Notes: a model not told the origin generated them from the sequence alone. DNA of 64,000 bases from Polyangiaceae bacterium (GCA_050287085.1 JBNKBE010000001.1:128001-192000); one strand, 5' to 3'. Counted from the stretch's first letter, positions 18,454 through 28,607 are shown. Program-made: numbers and translations.

Positions 18454-19926
18454 ATGATTGCGCTGCTGATAGCTTACGGACTGGTCCTACTGGTGCTCTG
18501 TGCATTCGGTCTGCACCGTGCCCATCTCGTGTGGATGTGGATTCGCCATCGTGCGCAGCTACAGGCCGCCCAAGCGAACTACAGCCTGCCCTCCGAAACG
18601 TCACTGCCGTCGGTCACGTTGCAGCTGCCCCTCTACAACGAGGCGACGGTGGTCGAGAGGCTGCTATCGGCTGCGGCCGCAATCGACTACCCGCACGACC
18701 GCTTGGAGATTCAGGTTCTCGACGACTCAACGGACGAAACCCGAACGCTGGCGCAACGCAAGACCGAACAGCTCGCGGCACAAGGCATCAACATTCGCTA
18801 CGTACGACGCCCCTCGCGCGAAGGATATAAGGCCGGAGCCTTGGAATACGGCCTGGCGTCCGCAAGCGGAGAATTGGTGGCCGTCTTCGACGCCGACTTC
18901 ATCCCGCAGCCCGACTTTCTGAAGGCCATCGTGGGTCACTTCCAGGATCCACAAGTCGGCATGGTCCAGACGCGCTGGGAGCACCTCAACCGCAGTCAGT
19001 CGTTGTTGACCGAAGTTCAGGCACTCCTTTTGGATGGCCACCACCTGGTCGAGAATCAGGCGCGCTTCAGCAGCGGCTGTTTCTTCAACTTCTCCGGGAC
19101 AGGCGGGATCTGGCGCAAGGCGACTATCGCCGACGCCGGCGGCTGGGAACACGACACGCTAACTGAAGACCTCGATCTATCCTACCGAGCACAGATGAAG
19201 GGTTGGCGTTTCATCTACCGAGGAGATGTTGTAACGCCCTCCGAGCTCCCCGAGGAAGTCAACGCGTTCCGTGCGCAACAATACCGCTGGGCCAAGGGCA
19301 CGGCTCAGTGTGCACGCAAGCTCCTAGGCCGCGTGCTCCGCTCGCCCATGACCCTAGAGCAACGCGTCGAGGCGCTCTTTCATCTGACACCACACGCCGC
19401 CTACCCTGCGATGCTGCTCCTGAGCATCTTGATCCTCCCGGCTGTGCTGATCATTCCGGCCGGCGATATCGGAACCATGTTGGCGGTTGATCTACCGCTG
19501 TGTTTTGGCGCCACCGGGTCAATCGCCACGTACTTCGTGATGGCTGAACGTTTGCAGGGACGTTCCGGCTGGGGTGCCATCGCACGACTGCCCACCGTCA
19601 TCGCCCTAGGCGCAGGTATGAGCCCGCTACTGGCCAAAGCTTTCATCCAGGGCCTGCGCGAACGTCACGGCGAGTTCGTGCGAACCCCGAAAAAAGGAGA
19701 CCGCGCTGGGCGCTACCGCCAACGGGCCCGGCTACCTTGGACCGAAATGCTCTTGGCCCTCGTGTCGCTCAGCGGATTCGTGGCGGCGCTGCAGACAGGC
19801 CACTACTTCGCGGCCCCCTTCACCGGGTTGTTCACGCTGGGCTACGCCTACGTCGGGTATTTCGTGATCTCTGAGCAACTGGCGAGCGAAGACCGCGCAA
19901 CGCTAGTAACCTCGCCCCAAAACTAA
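18454..19926 (+). CDS. GT2 cellulose-synthase-like processive glycosyltransferase
   Basis: QLPLYNE, VLDDS, KAGAL, FDADF, TLTEDLDLS, QQYRW (QXXRW); N- and C-terminal TM helices. Confidence 0.92.
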   Translation: MIALLIAYGLVLLVLCAFGLHRAHLVWMWIRHRAQLQAAQANYSLPSETSLPSVTLQLPLYNEATVVERLLSAAAAIDYPHDRLEIQVLDDSTDETRTLAQRKTEQLAAQGINIRYVRRPSREGYKAGALEYGLASASGELVAVFDADFIPQPDFLKAIVGHFQDPQVGMVQTRWEHLNRSQSLLTEVQALLLDGHHLVENQARFSSGCFFNFSGTGGIWRKATIADAGGWEHDTLTEDLDLSYRAQMKGWRFIYRGDVVTPSELPEEVNAFRAQQYRWAKGTAQCARKLLGRVLRSPMTLEQRVEALFHLTPHAAYPAMLLLSILILPAVLIIPAGDIGTMLAVDLPLCFGATGSIATYFVMAERLQGRSGWGAIARLPTVIALGAGMSPLLAKAFIQGLRERHGEFVRTPKKGDRAGRYRQRARLPWTEMLLALVSLSGFVAALQTGHYFAAPFTGLFTLGYAYVGYFVISEQLASEDRATLVTSPQN

Positions 19927-20024
19927 GCACCGCGACGAGCCCGCCCGGCCACAGCAAGAGGAGTGGCCGGCTCGAAGTGGGCGCGTGAGGAGCGAGCACC
20001 GCAGGGCCACTGAAGTAGCTCGAG
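19925..20024. repeat. Dispersed REP-like intergenic repeat, copy 2 (block B then block A)
   Basis: Matches 14761-14850 with the blocks in swapped order; fills the gap between convergent genes. Confidence 0.8.
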
Positions 20025-20028
20025 CCGC

Positions 20029-21198
20029 TCAAAGGCGAAGCGCCCGAGCGTGGAATAGCAATATGTCGAAGACGCCCGGACCACGGTTGAATTCGTAGCT
20101 GTGGTCGCCGGAGACGACGTCCAATGTATGGGATATCCCCTGGCGTCCAAGTGCTTCGGAAAGGTCGCGGTTGACGTCCAGAAAGTAGTCCTGATGACTT
20201 GTCATCAGACGAAGCCGCAAGGCCGGATTTCGGTCGCGAGCGGCTTTGGTGAGCGCGACCAACTCGGAAAGCTCGTTCTGATCCAGCGCAGCTTGGCTCG
20301 CAGCCACGGTTCCGAATGCGGAGGACTGCAGCAGGCCAGCAACCAGCGCGACGCGGCCCCCTAAGCTGATGCCATCGATGCCGGTCCGCTCTGCTGCGCA
20401 GGCCAAGCCGAGCTCGCTACGCAGACGGGCCCGTATCGGCCCCGTCAACAACTGGGCATAGTCGCGTGCTCGTGCCCAGAGCGCACCCTGCCCGAAACGG
20501 TTGGGGACGTAGGGAAAAACGAGAACCATGTCGCGATAGGGAAGCGCCCGGAGGCCCCTATTGTACACCGCTAAGCGTTGACGCGTGACATGCCCACCGA
20601 AGTCAGCAGCTCGCAGCGGTGGAGATTTGAGTCGTGTTATTGCGGTGAGCACCCCGTAGTCGTCGAGCCAGCCGCGAGCTCCTCGCTCCGGACCTTTGAG
20701 GCTCTCGCCCCTGCCGTGCAGCAAGAACAGCACCGGCGTGTCCCTCCGAACTTTGGTTGGAAGCAGCACCACCACGTCGACGCGACCAAGCTCTGGAGCA
20801 TCAAAAGACCACGTGCGTTCCTGTGCCCGGTTCGGCGCGAACCCTTTCTGCGCTGGTGAGGGCGCCCGAGGGGGCGCTGCAGTGGATGTGAGCTCCTCCT
20901 CGGCAGCGGTGCTCACCGCTCGGGTCAAACGCGCCACTGCGGACGGTGCTGGTCTTGATTCGTAGGCTCCGCCCGAATGCGGCTGACACGCCCCCAGAAC
21001 CACCGCCAACGATACGAAAGAGAAGCTGCACGCCCCCCACCCGCGGCTCTTGCCGCGCCGGCTCGACCCTTCGATTTCAGCCGAGCGCCCCAACCCATCC
21101 ACTCGCAGAGGGCCCTGGGCGCTTCGATGCCGTCTGTTTGCGCCGGAAATCACCACTCTGGACCTTAACACGGGTGCCATTTGGAACTCTGCACTCAA
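20029..21198 (-). CDS. Alpha/beta-hydrolase (esterase-like), probable lipoprotein
   Basis: LFLLHGRGE, GISLGG nucleophile elbow, GDH near the C-terminus, VLGAC lipobox. True start probably downstream of 21198. Confidence 0.75.
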   Translation of the reverse strand: MSAEFQMAPVLRSRVVISGANRRHRSAQGPLRVDGLGRSAEIEGSSRRGKSRGWGACSFSFVSLAVVLGACQPHSGGAYESRPAPSAVARLTRAVSTAAEEELTSTAAPPRAPSPAQKGFAPNRAQERTWSFDAPELGRVDVVVLLPTKVRRDTPVLFLLHGRGESLKGPERGARGWLDDYGVLTAITRLKSPPLRAADFGGHVTRQRLAVYNRGLRALPYRDMVLVFPYVPNRFGQGALWARARDYAQLLTGPIRARLRSELGLACAAERTGIDGISLGGRVALVAGLLQSSAFGTVAASQAALDQNELSELVALTKAARDRNPALRLRLMTSHQDYFLDVNRDLSEALGRQGISHTLDVVSGDHSYEFNRGPGVFDILLFHARALRL

Positions 21199-21264
21199 AA
21201 CCAGGGCAGGAGTCCGCTCTCGAGTTGCGCCCGCGGGAGCTCTTTGATACCTCCCTCCTTCCCC

Positions 21265-22284
21265 ATGTGCGCCCTTTCATCGACGGCCTTGACAGCTCAC
21301 GCTGCCGACCCATCTCTGGACGCTGCTCTGGAGGAAGCTCCCCGCGACGCTCATCCAGACGTGACCCCCGACGCAACTCGTCAGGTGCTGGCGCTGGCGC
21401 TGGCCTTGGCCCAGCAGCGCGGATTGTCCGCGCCCGCCGCGCCCGCCGCGCCGATCCAACTCACCGACGCCCAGGTACGCGCGCTGCCCGTATCTGAGCT
21501 CCGAGAACGCCTCGATGAAATCCTGCTTTCCCCACGGGCCGATCTGGGCTTGGAGGTCCTGGAGCGCTGTGGCTTGCTCGGCGTGGTGCTGCCCGAAGTC
21601 ACCCACCTTGTCGGCTTCGGCGAAGGTCACAATCGCCACAAGGACGTCTGGCGTCATACCCTCCGCGTTGTAATCCAGAGCTTGCCGCGCCTTGCGGTCC
21701 GGTGGGCAGCGCTCTTTCACGACATAGGCAAGCCGCAGACGCGAAGCATTGATGCAAGTGGGGTTGTTCACTTTCTGCATCATGCTGAATTGGGCGCGCG
21801 CATGTTCAAACGCCTGGCGCGGCGTGAACGCCTATTCGACGACGATTCCGAGCTGAAGGACAGCATCCGCTTTCTGATCTTTCATCACCAACGTGCTCAC
21901 CAATACGACACGTGTTGGACGGATAGCGCTACTCGCCGCTTCGCCCTAGAAGTGGGTGAACACCTCAATGACCTCATGGCCCTGTCGCGAGCCGACATGA
22001 CTACGAAGCGCAAAGAGAAGAAGCGCCGCTACCTTCTGCAGCTCAAAGAGCTACAGAACCGAATCGAAAAGTTGCTGGCGGAAGACAACAAACCGAAGGC
22101 ATTGCCCAAGGGACTTGGACAGGCCCTCATTGACACCTTCAAGCTTCCCCCCAGCAAGCTGGTCGGTGATATTCGCAACGCACTGGAGCTGGCAGTCGAG
22201 GCGGGTGAACTGCCTTTGCAAGCGGACTTCGACGTCTACCTGCGTTTCGTCGACGAAAATCGGACCCGCTTCGGCCTGCTCTGA
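21265..22284 (+). CDS. HD-domain protein resembling the body/HD part of CCA-adding enzymes, without the nucleotidyltransferase head
   Basis: GLL.VVLPE, HKDVWRHTL, AALFHDIGKP, HF.HHAE.GA, RAD, PS..VG. Start uncertain. Confidence 0.8.
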   Translation: MCALSSTALTAHAADPSLDAALEEAPRDAHPDVTPDATRQVLALALALAQQRGLSAPAAPAAPIQLTDAQVRALPVSELRERLDEILLSPRADLGLEVLERCGLLGVVLPEVTHLVGFGEGHNRHKDVWRHTLRVVIQSLPRLAVRWAALFHDIGKPQTRSIDASGVVHFLHHAELGARMFKRLARRERLFDDDSELKDSIRFLIFHHQRAHQYDTCWTDSATRRFALEVGEHLNDLMALSRADMTTKRKEKKRRYLLQLKELQNRIEKLLAEDNKPKALPKGLGQALIDTFKLPPSKLVGDIRNALELAVEAGELPLQADFDVYLRFVDENRTRFGLL

Positions 22285-22388
22285 ACGGCTCGAGCGCGCC
22301 CCTTGTCACAGGCCTGAAGGCGGGCTTCTCCTCATTCGGAAGCAAGCATATGGCTCGGCACCCCTCCCTGCTGGGGCGCCAGCGTAGG

Positions 22389-22435
22389 AGCGCAAGAGAG
22401 CGGAGCACGCAAGACGTGCCCCGCTCTCTTGCGCT
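22389..22435 (-). terminator. Long hairpin between convergent genes (terminator/stabiliser of the porin transcript)
   Basis: agcgcaagagagcgg...ccgctctcttgcgct 15-bp perfect stem plus a 5-bp inner stem, just after the porin stop. No clear U-tract. Confidence 0.65.
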
Positions 22436-22443
22436 GCCTGCGA

Positions 22444-23958
22444 CTACTTGAAGTCGTAGCCGAACTGTACCTCGAGGTAGTGGATCGGCTGGTCGAGTTT
22501 GTCGGCGTCGCCGCCAGCCCACGCGAAGTCCTCGTTGGGCAAGAACGCGCCGTACATCGCGCGGACCAAGGCCCCTTTGCCAATCGGATGAACGATGTGG
22601 GCATCGATTTCCGCCCCCTGGTAGGCGTCGCTATCGCCGGCGGGTTCCATGGCGGCAAAGATGTGACCTTGAGCCTTGAGGACCCAGGCTGGGGTGACGG
22701 CATAGCTGAGATTCAGGTTTCCGCTTCCCTTGTTGGTGCGCGCGCCAGCGACGTCCGCAAGGCCCAAGAACTTATGGGCCGTCGGATAGAGCTGATCCCA
22801 AGCCTTGGTCTTTCCGTCCGCGGCGTCATCATCACCTGATGCCACCAACCCTCCGAGGCCGATGCGAAACCCCTGAGCGGGAGTCAGTCCCAGCTCAGCG
22901 TCAGCCTGATAGGCGAAGCGATCCGATCCGAACTGGATGCCGGCCTCCGCGCGGTAATCGAAAGTGTCAATGCTGTCCTTGGCGCGGGCACCCAGGGTGA
23001 AGAACGTATCGCCGTCTACATCCGGAATGGGATCCCCATTTTCGTCATCGCCGAGGTCCTTCGCCGAAACAAATGAGCGACCGAGCAGGTAGAAATCGAG
23101 CGCCATGGATTCGTTCACCAAAGCGCCAAGCCCGGCATAGGCTCCATAGAAATAGGTGTCGCCAGCGAAAGGCTTGTGCGTGGCCGTGAATCCCTCGTTG
23201 AGTAGCGTGACGAAGGCGTCCACGAAGACAGCATTCTCCATCGGCGTCAGATGCAGGCGGGCGCCCTGAAAGGCACGCGCCGCCTCGTTCCAACCGAGGT
23301 TGCCGATGATCATCGCATCGCCGTAGTCCATGGCGAAGCGTCCCATGTCAAATTGGTACTTCTTCGTTCCCACGCGCGCAAACGCCTCGTATACGGCTAC
23401 CGGCGGGGCATCGCCGATGGTGACGGTCGGAGGTGGAGCCAAGGTCCCGGTATTCTGCATGGTGTAGGCCGCCTGAGGGACAAACGTCGCCGAAACCATG
23501 GTCCCGTCGCCCACGTCGACGGGATTGGTGGCGAGCGAAAGGCGCGCGCGCGTCACGATGTAGTCGCCATCGCGGTGCAAGCGCGGATGCCTTAGGCCGT
23601 GTTCGGCGTAGTTGCGACGCAACTCGTAGCGGGACCAAAACGAGCCGCCGACCTTGAGCGGTAAGAATTCTGGACCCGGAGCAGGCTCCGCTTGAGGCTC
23701 AGCTGGAGCAACGCCATAGGCGTCCGGAGCAGCAGGAGCCATGGGAGCGGCGGGCGCAGACTCGACGACAGCAGGCGCGGCAGCATCCGCCACGGCTGGG
23801 GCCACCGGCTCCGCGGGGGGCATGTCGGGTGCGGGCGCTGAAACCGCAACGCTGACGGACGCCGACGCAGGCTCGGCAGGAGCGGCCTCTTGGGCCCAAA
23901 GGGTCGCGCCAGGGAGTGCGGCGGACGTGGAGAGCAAGGCGATAAGTCGTTTCTTCAT
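22444..23958 (-). CDS. Alginate-export (AlgE-like) outer-membrane beta-barrel
   Basis: Signal peptide, RYELR, GR..MDYGD..IIG...WN..AR.F.G, ASGD, QLYPTAHKFLG.AD, terminal YLEVQFGYDF strand. Confidence 0.8.
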   Translation of the reverse strand: MKKRLIALLSTSAALPGATLWAQEAAPAEPASASVSVAVSAPAPDMPPAEPVAPAVADAAAPAVVESAPAAPMAPAAPDAYGVAPAEPQAEPAPGPEFLPLKVGGSFWSRYELRRNYAEHGLRHPRLHRDGDYIVTRARLSLATNPVDVGDGTMVSATFVPQAAYTMQNTGTLAPPPTVTIGDAPPVAVYEAFARVGTKKYQFDMGRFAMDYGDAMIIGNLGWNEAARAFQGARLHLTPMENAVFVDAFVTLLNEGFTATHKPFAGDTYFYGAYAGLGALVNESMALDFYLLGRSFVSAKDLGDDENGDPIPDVDGDTFFTLGARAKDSIDTFDYRAEAGIQFGSDRFAYQADAELGLTPAQGFRIGLGGLVASGDDDAADGKTKAWDQLYPTAHKFLGLADVAGARTNKGSGNLNLSYAVTPAWVLKAQGHIFAAMEPAGDSDAYQGAEIDAHIVHPIGKGALVRAMYGAFLPNEDFAWAGGDADKLDQPIHYLEVQFGYDFK

Positions 23959-24354
23959 GACTGTCCTCTAAGGGCGAGCAGGGGCTCGCGGGGTTTGAGA
24001 CGCCTGGTGTCTCGGACCTTGGGTGCCCGGGACGCTAGGATTCGCGCTACCGCGAACCGCTAACAGGTACCCTGACAATGTTTCGTGTTTTTCCTGAGTA
24101 CTGTTCCGGGAAAGACTACTTCCGGAGACAGGACTGGATCGCCTCGAATTGGAAACTGGTAGGAAACTCGCGTCCAGCGGGCCAACGACAATGCGAAACA
24201 CTTCCGGCCGATCGCCTGGCACTGTGAAGCGCGCAACACCGACGACGCGACGCAACGCGGAGCTTCTTCGCCCATTTTAGAGGCGCTCCGCTCGCGTCGA
24301 TCTGAGGTATAGGGAGGTGACCTTAGAACGCTGCTGCTAGGAGAAGAAGACGAC

Positions 24355-25476
24355 GTGTCGGTGTTGATTGTGGGTGGCGGAATTGCCGGACATGCCCTGG
24401 CTTGGACGCTCGCCCGTCGCGGCCAACGACCTGTGACACTACTGGAACGCGAGCCACTTGCCTTCGCTCACTCCTCGTCACGCAACGCCGCGATCTATCG
24501 ACCGCTGGAAGACAGCGTTTGGATCACGCGTTTGGCCAAGGAGACGCTTGCGCTGCTACCCCAGCTCGGAACCGACCTGCTGCGCAAGGTGGGCTTGCTC
24601 TTGACGAGCCAACGGGCGGACGCGCTCACGGGACACTTAAGAACGGCTCAAGAAGAAGACGTCGAGTGCGCGGCCCTCGATCGACACGCTCTCGTCCGAC
24701 AGGCCCCTGTGCTGGCTGGGGGCTCAGCGCATGCCGGGCTTTGGCTTCCGAGCGGCGGCGTACTTGACATCCACAGCCTAACACAAGCGCTCAGCGCCCG
24801 AGCCCGAACGCTAGACGTACAGGTGTTAACCAACGCCCACGCGACCCGCTGGACCCGAAAAGGTCGGCTATTTGAGGTGCACCTGGTCGGGGGTGAGGTA
24901 TTGACCGCCTCTCGTCTTGTGCTCGCCGCGGGTGCCTGGACCGAACGGCTTGCGGCCTCGGGTCAATGTGATCTCTCCCTGGTCCCGCATCGACGTCACC
25001 TCGTACACCTCGTTCCTTCAGCTCCCGTTTCGGCAACTCACCCGATCTGCTGGGACATCGACCACGATGTCTACTTCCGCCCCGAATCAGGAGGGATCTT
25101 GGCATCTCCCGGCGACCATCAGCCGACGGTTCCAGGCCTCCCCAGTGTAGAGCCGGAAATGCTGGTTGTTCTGGCCAAGAAGCTCGCACAACTGGCCCCG
25201 GCCCTCGCGGGCTGCGAGGTCCGCAGACCGTGGGCCTGCCTGCGGACCATGACCACCGACCGCCACATGGCACTGGGCCCTGATCCGCGCATGGCCGACC
25301 TGTGGTGGTTCGCCGGGCTCGCCGGCCACGGCATGACGTGTGGGTTGGCCGCAGCTGAGCGCCTTGCAGACGCCATGCTGGGGACGCGGTCGCTACCGCA
25401 AGCCTTAGACGTCCGACGTCTGCTCCCGGGCGCCTTTGCACCAACAGATAGCCCAAACCCCATGCACAGCGACTAG
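24355..25476 (+). CDS. FAD-dependent oxidoreductase, DadA/DAO family
   Basis: VLIVGGGIAG, SSSRNAA, VLAAGAW, YFRPE.GG, GLAGHGM. Confidence 0.9.
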   Translation: MSVLIVGGGIAGHALAWTLARRGQRPVTLLEREPLAFAHSSSRNAAIYRPLEDSVWITRLAKETLALLPQLGTDLLRKVGLLLTSQRADALTGHLRTAQEEDVECAALDRHALVRQAPVLAGGSAHAGLWLPSGGVLDIHSLTQALSARARTLDVQVLTNAHATRWTRKGRLFEVHLVGGEVLTASRLVLAAGAWTERLAASGQCDLSLVPHRRHLVHLVPSAPVSATHPICWDIDHDVYFRPESGGILASPGDHQPTVPGLPSVEPEMLVVLAKKLAQLAPALAGCEVRRPWACLRTMTTDRHMALGPDPRMADLWWFAGLAGHGMTCGLAAAERLADAMLGTRSLPQALDVRRLLPGAFAPTDSPNPMHSD

Positions 25477-25544
25477 GACGCGGAGCCGCTCCGCGGAATA
25501 AGCACTCGACGTGGCAAGCCCTGGGCGATAGCTTTTCCTGGCCC

Positions 25545-26042
25545 ATGACGGAACCGAGTTCAGCTGAAACCTCAGCAGTATCCCCCGAAGACGGCGCAAG
25601 CACAGGCGAAGCCGACGCGAAGAACAAACCCACGTCCGGAAAGGACGAGTCGGAAACAAGCGGACGCTTCTGGTTATGGATCGCGGGCTTCTTCGTTGTG
25701 ATGAGCGTCGAGCTCTACGTCTACGGCCACGCCGGCGAAATTCAAATCTGCGTCGGTCAGGAGGGTGTCACCGACTTCGCTCTGGTGGGGGCCCCGCGGA
25801 CCTTGGAGGGCTTTGCCAAGATCCCGATCTGCAGCAACGCTGAGAACCTGGGGATGTGGAGCCGGCGCACCGAAGCGGAAACATTCGCTCTCAAAGACGC
25901 CTGCCGGAAAGCTGCGCCAGCAAGACCCGCGGTCGCTGAGGAATGCCGTCGTCACGACGGCCGCTGGCGGCGACAGGTTTCTGTGAAACAAGTTCCGCCC
26001 TGGGATCGGCGACTCTATCGACGTATCCTATTGCTCGACTAG
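25545..26042 (+). CDS. Hypothetical single-TM protein
   Basis: 165-aa ORF, acidic N-terminus, one TM helix, four Cys. Confidence 0.6.
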   Translation: MTEPSSAETSAVSPEDGASTGEADAKNKPTSGKDESETSGRFWLWIAGFFVVMSVELYVYGHAGEIQICVGQEGVTDFALVGAPRTLEGFAKIPICSNAENLGMWSRRTEAETFALKDACRKAAPARPAVAEECRRHDGRWRRQVSVKQVPPWDRRLYRRILLLD

Positions 26043-26093
26043 AGCAATAGGATTCCTGATTCTGCGGCTCGGTAGAGCAGCCCGAAGCAGGGG

Positions 26094-26127
26094 GTCCCCC
26101 CCTGTTCTTGCGAAAACAAGGGGGGAC
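26094..26127. terminator. Hairpin between convergent genes
   Basis: gtccccccctgtt...aacaaggggggac (one mismatch, which is a G.U pair on the minus strand). Confidence 0.55.
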
Positions 26128-26140
26128 GGCAGGGCGCCGC

Positions 26141-26716
26141 TCACGGCAGGGCGCCGCCCTCGATCCATGCCCGGACGGCCTCTTGCTGCTCGGGCGGAGC
26201 GGCGGCACCGAGGGGCATGGGAAGCCCCGTCGTCTGAAGTCCGGACATCTTGGTGAGGAGATAACTGCTCTCAGCCGTAGCGCCGACAAAAGCCATGCCG
26301 GGTACCTGGGTTGATGTCCCCGTGGTTAGAGCGGTGTGGCCGACCCCCATCGAAAGGTCGAGTTGCGATTGGTCGCTGCTCCCGTTAGGGCCACCAAACC
26401 CACCGGGAGAATGGCAACCGTTGACGCACGACGCGACGATGTAGGGCTCTACCGTCGCGGCGTAAGACGGACCGTCAACACCAGCGCCTGCCGCACCGGC
26501 GACCGAGTCCATGCCGGCGGCACCAGCACTTGGCTGCCCAGCAACGCCACCGTTCGGCATGGCACCACCCGCGGTCATGCCGCCGCCAGCCGTGCCCCCC
26601 GCGGCGCCTCCGGCGCCCCCCGCCGGGTCAATCGTCATATCAGCTGGCACTTCGTCGCCACAAGCAGATGCAAGAGTGAGCAGCACGAGAGATGTCATTA
26701 TGGAGCGAACAAGCAT
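26141..26716 (-). CDS. Lipoprotein with Gly/Ala linker and C-terminal cytochrome c-like domain (CX3CH)
   Basis: LASAC lipobox; VEPYIVASCVNGCH...MPLG...WIEGGA. Confidence 0.72.
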   Translation of the reverse strand: MLVRSIMTSLVLLTLASACGDEVPADMTIDPAGGAGGAAGGTAGGGMTAGGAMPNGGVAGQPSAGAAGMDSVAGAAGAGVDGPSYAATVEPYIVASCVNGCHSPGGFGGPNGSSDQSQLDLSMGVGHTALTTGTSTQVPGMAFVGATAESSYLLTKMSGLQTTGLPMPLGAAAPPEQQEAVRAWIEGGALP

Positions 26717-26945
26717 GAGTGAAGCAGGGTCCTTTCGTTGGGTAAGAGGACACTATCGTGCCATCTACCTCTGTCCGGAAGACCAAATCGTCCTCATCCA
26801 GGCAGTGGGCAAAAACTTCTAGCCTTGTCCAAACCGTGCAATCAAATGTGACACAGCGAAAACACGGCCGACGCCACTTTGTTGCCTTCAGACGCCCGAA
26901 GACGGCCCAAGACACAGCTGGGTGCACGAAGTGATCTGGATATTC

Positions 26946-28475
26946 CTAGTGAGATCCGCGTTTGAACGGATCCTTCAGCTGCCGACCCGAAATCGGCCGA
27001 ATCGCTCGACTCCGCACGGGCCGGGGGGATGGAGCGGCCTGCGGGCTTGAGCCTTCCGGCACAACGGACTCCGCGGCATCTGACGACAGCGGAGCTACCG
27101 GCTCGGTGCCTTCCGTTTGGGCCAGACCCGATCGGCGCACGAGGGTGACCGGAGGAAGCCGTTCATCGGTCGTGGGAGGCGGCGGCTCCAACACCAGCTC
27201 CGGCTCGCGGGGTCCTAGTGTGAACCACAATAGCGCCACCGCGGAGGCGGCAAGGGCTCCCCAGAAGAGCCTCGCCCCCACCCCGACCGTCATTGGCAAC
27301 CCCAATACTCGAGCCCCGGCGCCCCTCTTTCGTCGCAGCGTCGGCGCATTGGCCGCAGGATGCACCGATGCCGCCCAGGAGCCCGGCGCCGTACTCACGA
27401 ACGCGTCATTGGCCGAGAGGATGCGCAACCACTGAGCGCTCAGCGACGCCCCTGTCACATCTTCATGGACGCCCCGCGCGATGAGCCACTGGGAAAGAGC
27501 CATTCCGAGCTCGCGCACGCCGGACCAGCGCTTGTCCGGATCCTTCTCGAGCCCCCGCTTGAGCAGCAGCCACAACTCTTCATCGCCCCCGCCGAACGCG
27601 GTGATCGGAGGTGGGTCGTCGGCGATGATGGAGTACAGCAGAGCGTTGTAGTTCTTGCCTTCGAACGGAGGGCGCCCGGTCACCATTTCGAAGAGCACGA
27701 CGCAGACGGCCCAAACATCCGCCAGATGATCCACGTCGTCGCCGCGGGCTTGCTCTGGAGACATGTAGATCGGACTGCCCAACATGGCTCCCGTTTGCGT
27801 CAACCGGTGCGTAGCTTTGCCCCGATCCATCTTGGCAATGCCGAAGTCGACCAATTTCGGTTGCGTCCGTCCGTCTTCGGCACGCGAGAGGAAGATATTC
27901 TCGGGCTTGATGTCTCGATGAACGATGCCTTTTTGGTGCGCAGCAGCGAGCGCGTGCAGAATCGGAAGCACGAGAGCCACCGCCCTGGTCGCCACGATCC
28001 GCCCGCGGCGGCCTAGGGCCTGCGCCAGATCCTCCCCCTGCAGGAGCTCCATGACGATGAACGGATCGCCGCGGTCGCTGGTACCGAAGTCGAAGACTCG
28101 CGTGATCGCCGGATGTCCAAGCTGCGCCGCGGCTCGCGCCTCCTGCAGCAGGCGGTGTCCCAACTCGTGGCCATCCGGCGCGGCGGCTTCCTCCGCACGG
28201 ATGAGCTTCACCGCTACGTCGATCTCGAGCGTGCTGTTGTGAGCACGCCAGACGGCACCCATGCCGCCTTCGCCAAGCAGCTCCTGCAGTTGATACTTGT
28301 CCGCGATGGTTTCGCCTGGCCGATACGGCCGCTTCAAGGCCAGTCGCGGCGTCACCACCGTCGCCTTCAAACGAAGAGGCAGATCGCTCGGTGGAGCCTC
28401 GGACTTGGGATTTGGAGTTTCCACAGCCAACCCTTGTCCATGACGGTTGTGGGCACGCGTTGCAAAGTCGTTCAC
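26946..28475 (-). CDS. Hanks-type Ser/Thr protein kinase with one TM helix
   Basis: LGEGGMGAV, VAVK, HRDIKPEN, DFG, YMSPEQ. Confidence 0.95.
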   Translation of the reverse strand: MNDFATRAHNRHGQGLAVETPNPKSEAPPSDLPLRLKATVVTPRLALKRPYRPGETIADKYQLQELLGEGGMGAVWRAHNSTLEIDVAVKLIRAEEAAAPDGHELGHRLLQEARAAAQLGHPAITRVFDFGTSDRGDPFIVMELLQGEDLAQALGRRGRIVATRAVALVLPILHALAAAHQKGIVHRDIKPENIFLSRAEDGRTQPKLVDFGIAKMDRGKATHRLTQTGAMLGSPIYMSPEQARGDDVDHLADVWAVCVVLFEMVTGRPPFEGKNYNALLYSIIADDPPPITAFGGGDEELWLLLKRGLEKDPDKRWSGVRELGMALSQWLIARGVHEDVTGASLSAQWLRILSANDAFVSTAPGSWAASVHPAANAPTLRRKRGAGARVLGLPMTVGVGARLFWGALAASAVALLWFTLGPREPELVLEPPPPTTDERLPPVTLVRRSGLAQTEGTEPVAPLSSDAAESVVPEGSSPQAAPSPRPVRSRAIRPISGRQLKDPFKRGSH

Positions 28476-28607
28476 CCGACAATTGGAAGTGCTTTCCCGA
28501 CACCGGGACTCTGGGCCAGCGCCGGGACCCGAAAATCGAGCAGCAGGGACAGAATGCTCTTCTCAAGCCGCAGCTGAACACTCAACACAGTACCAAAACT
28601 GGTCACG

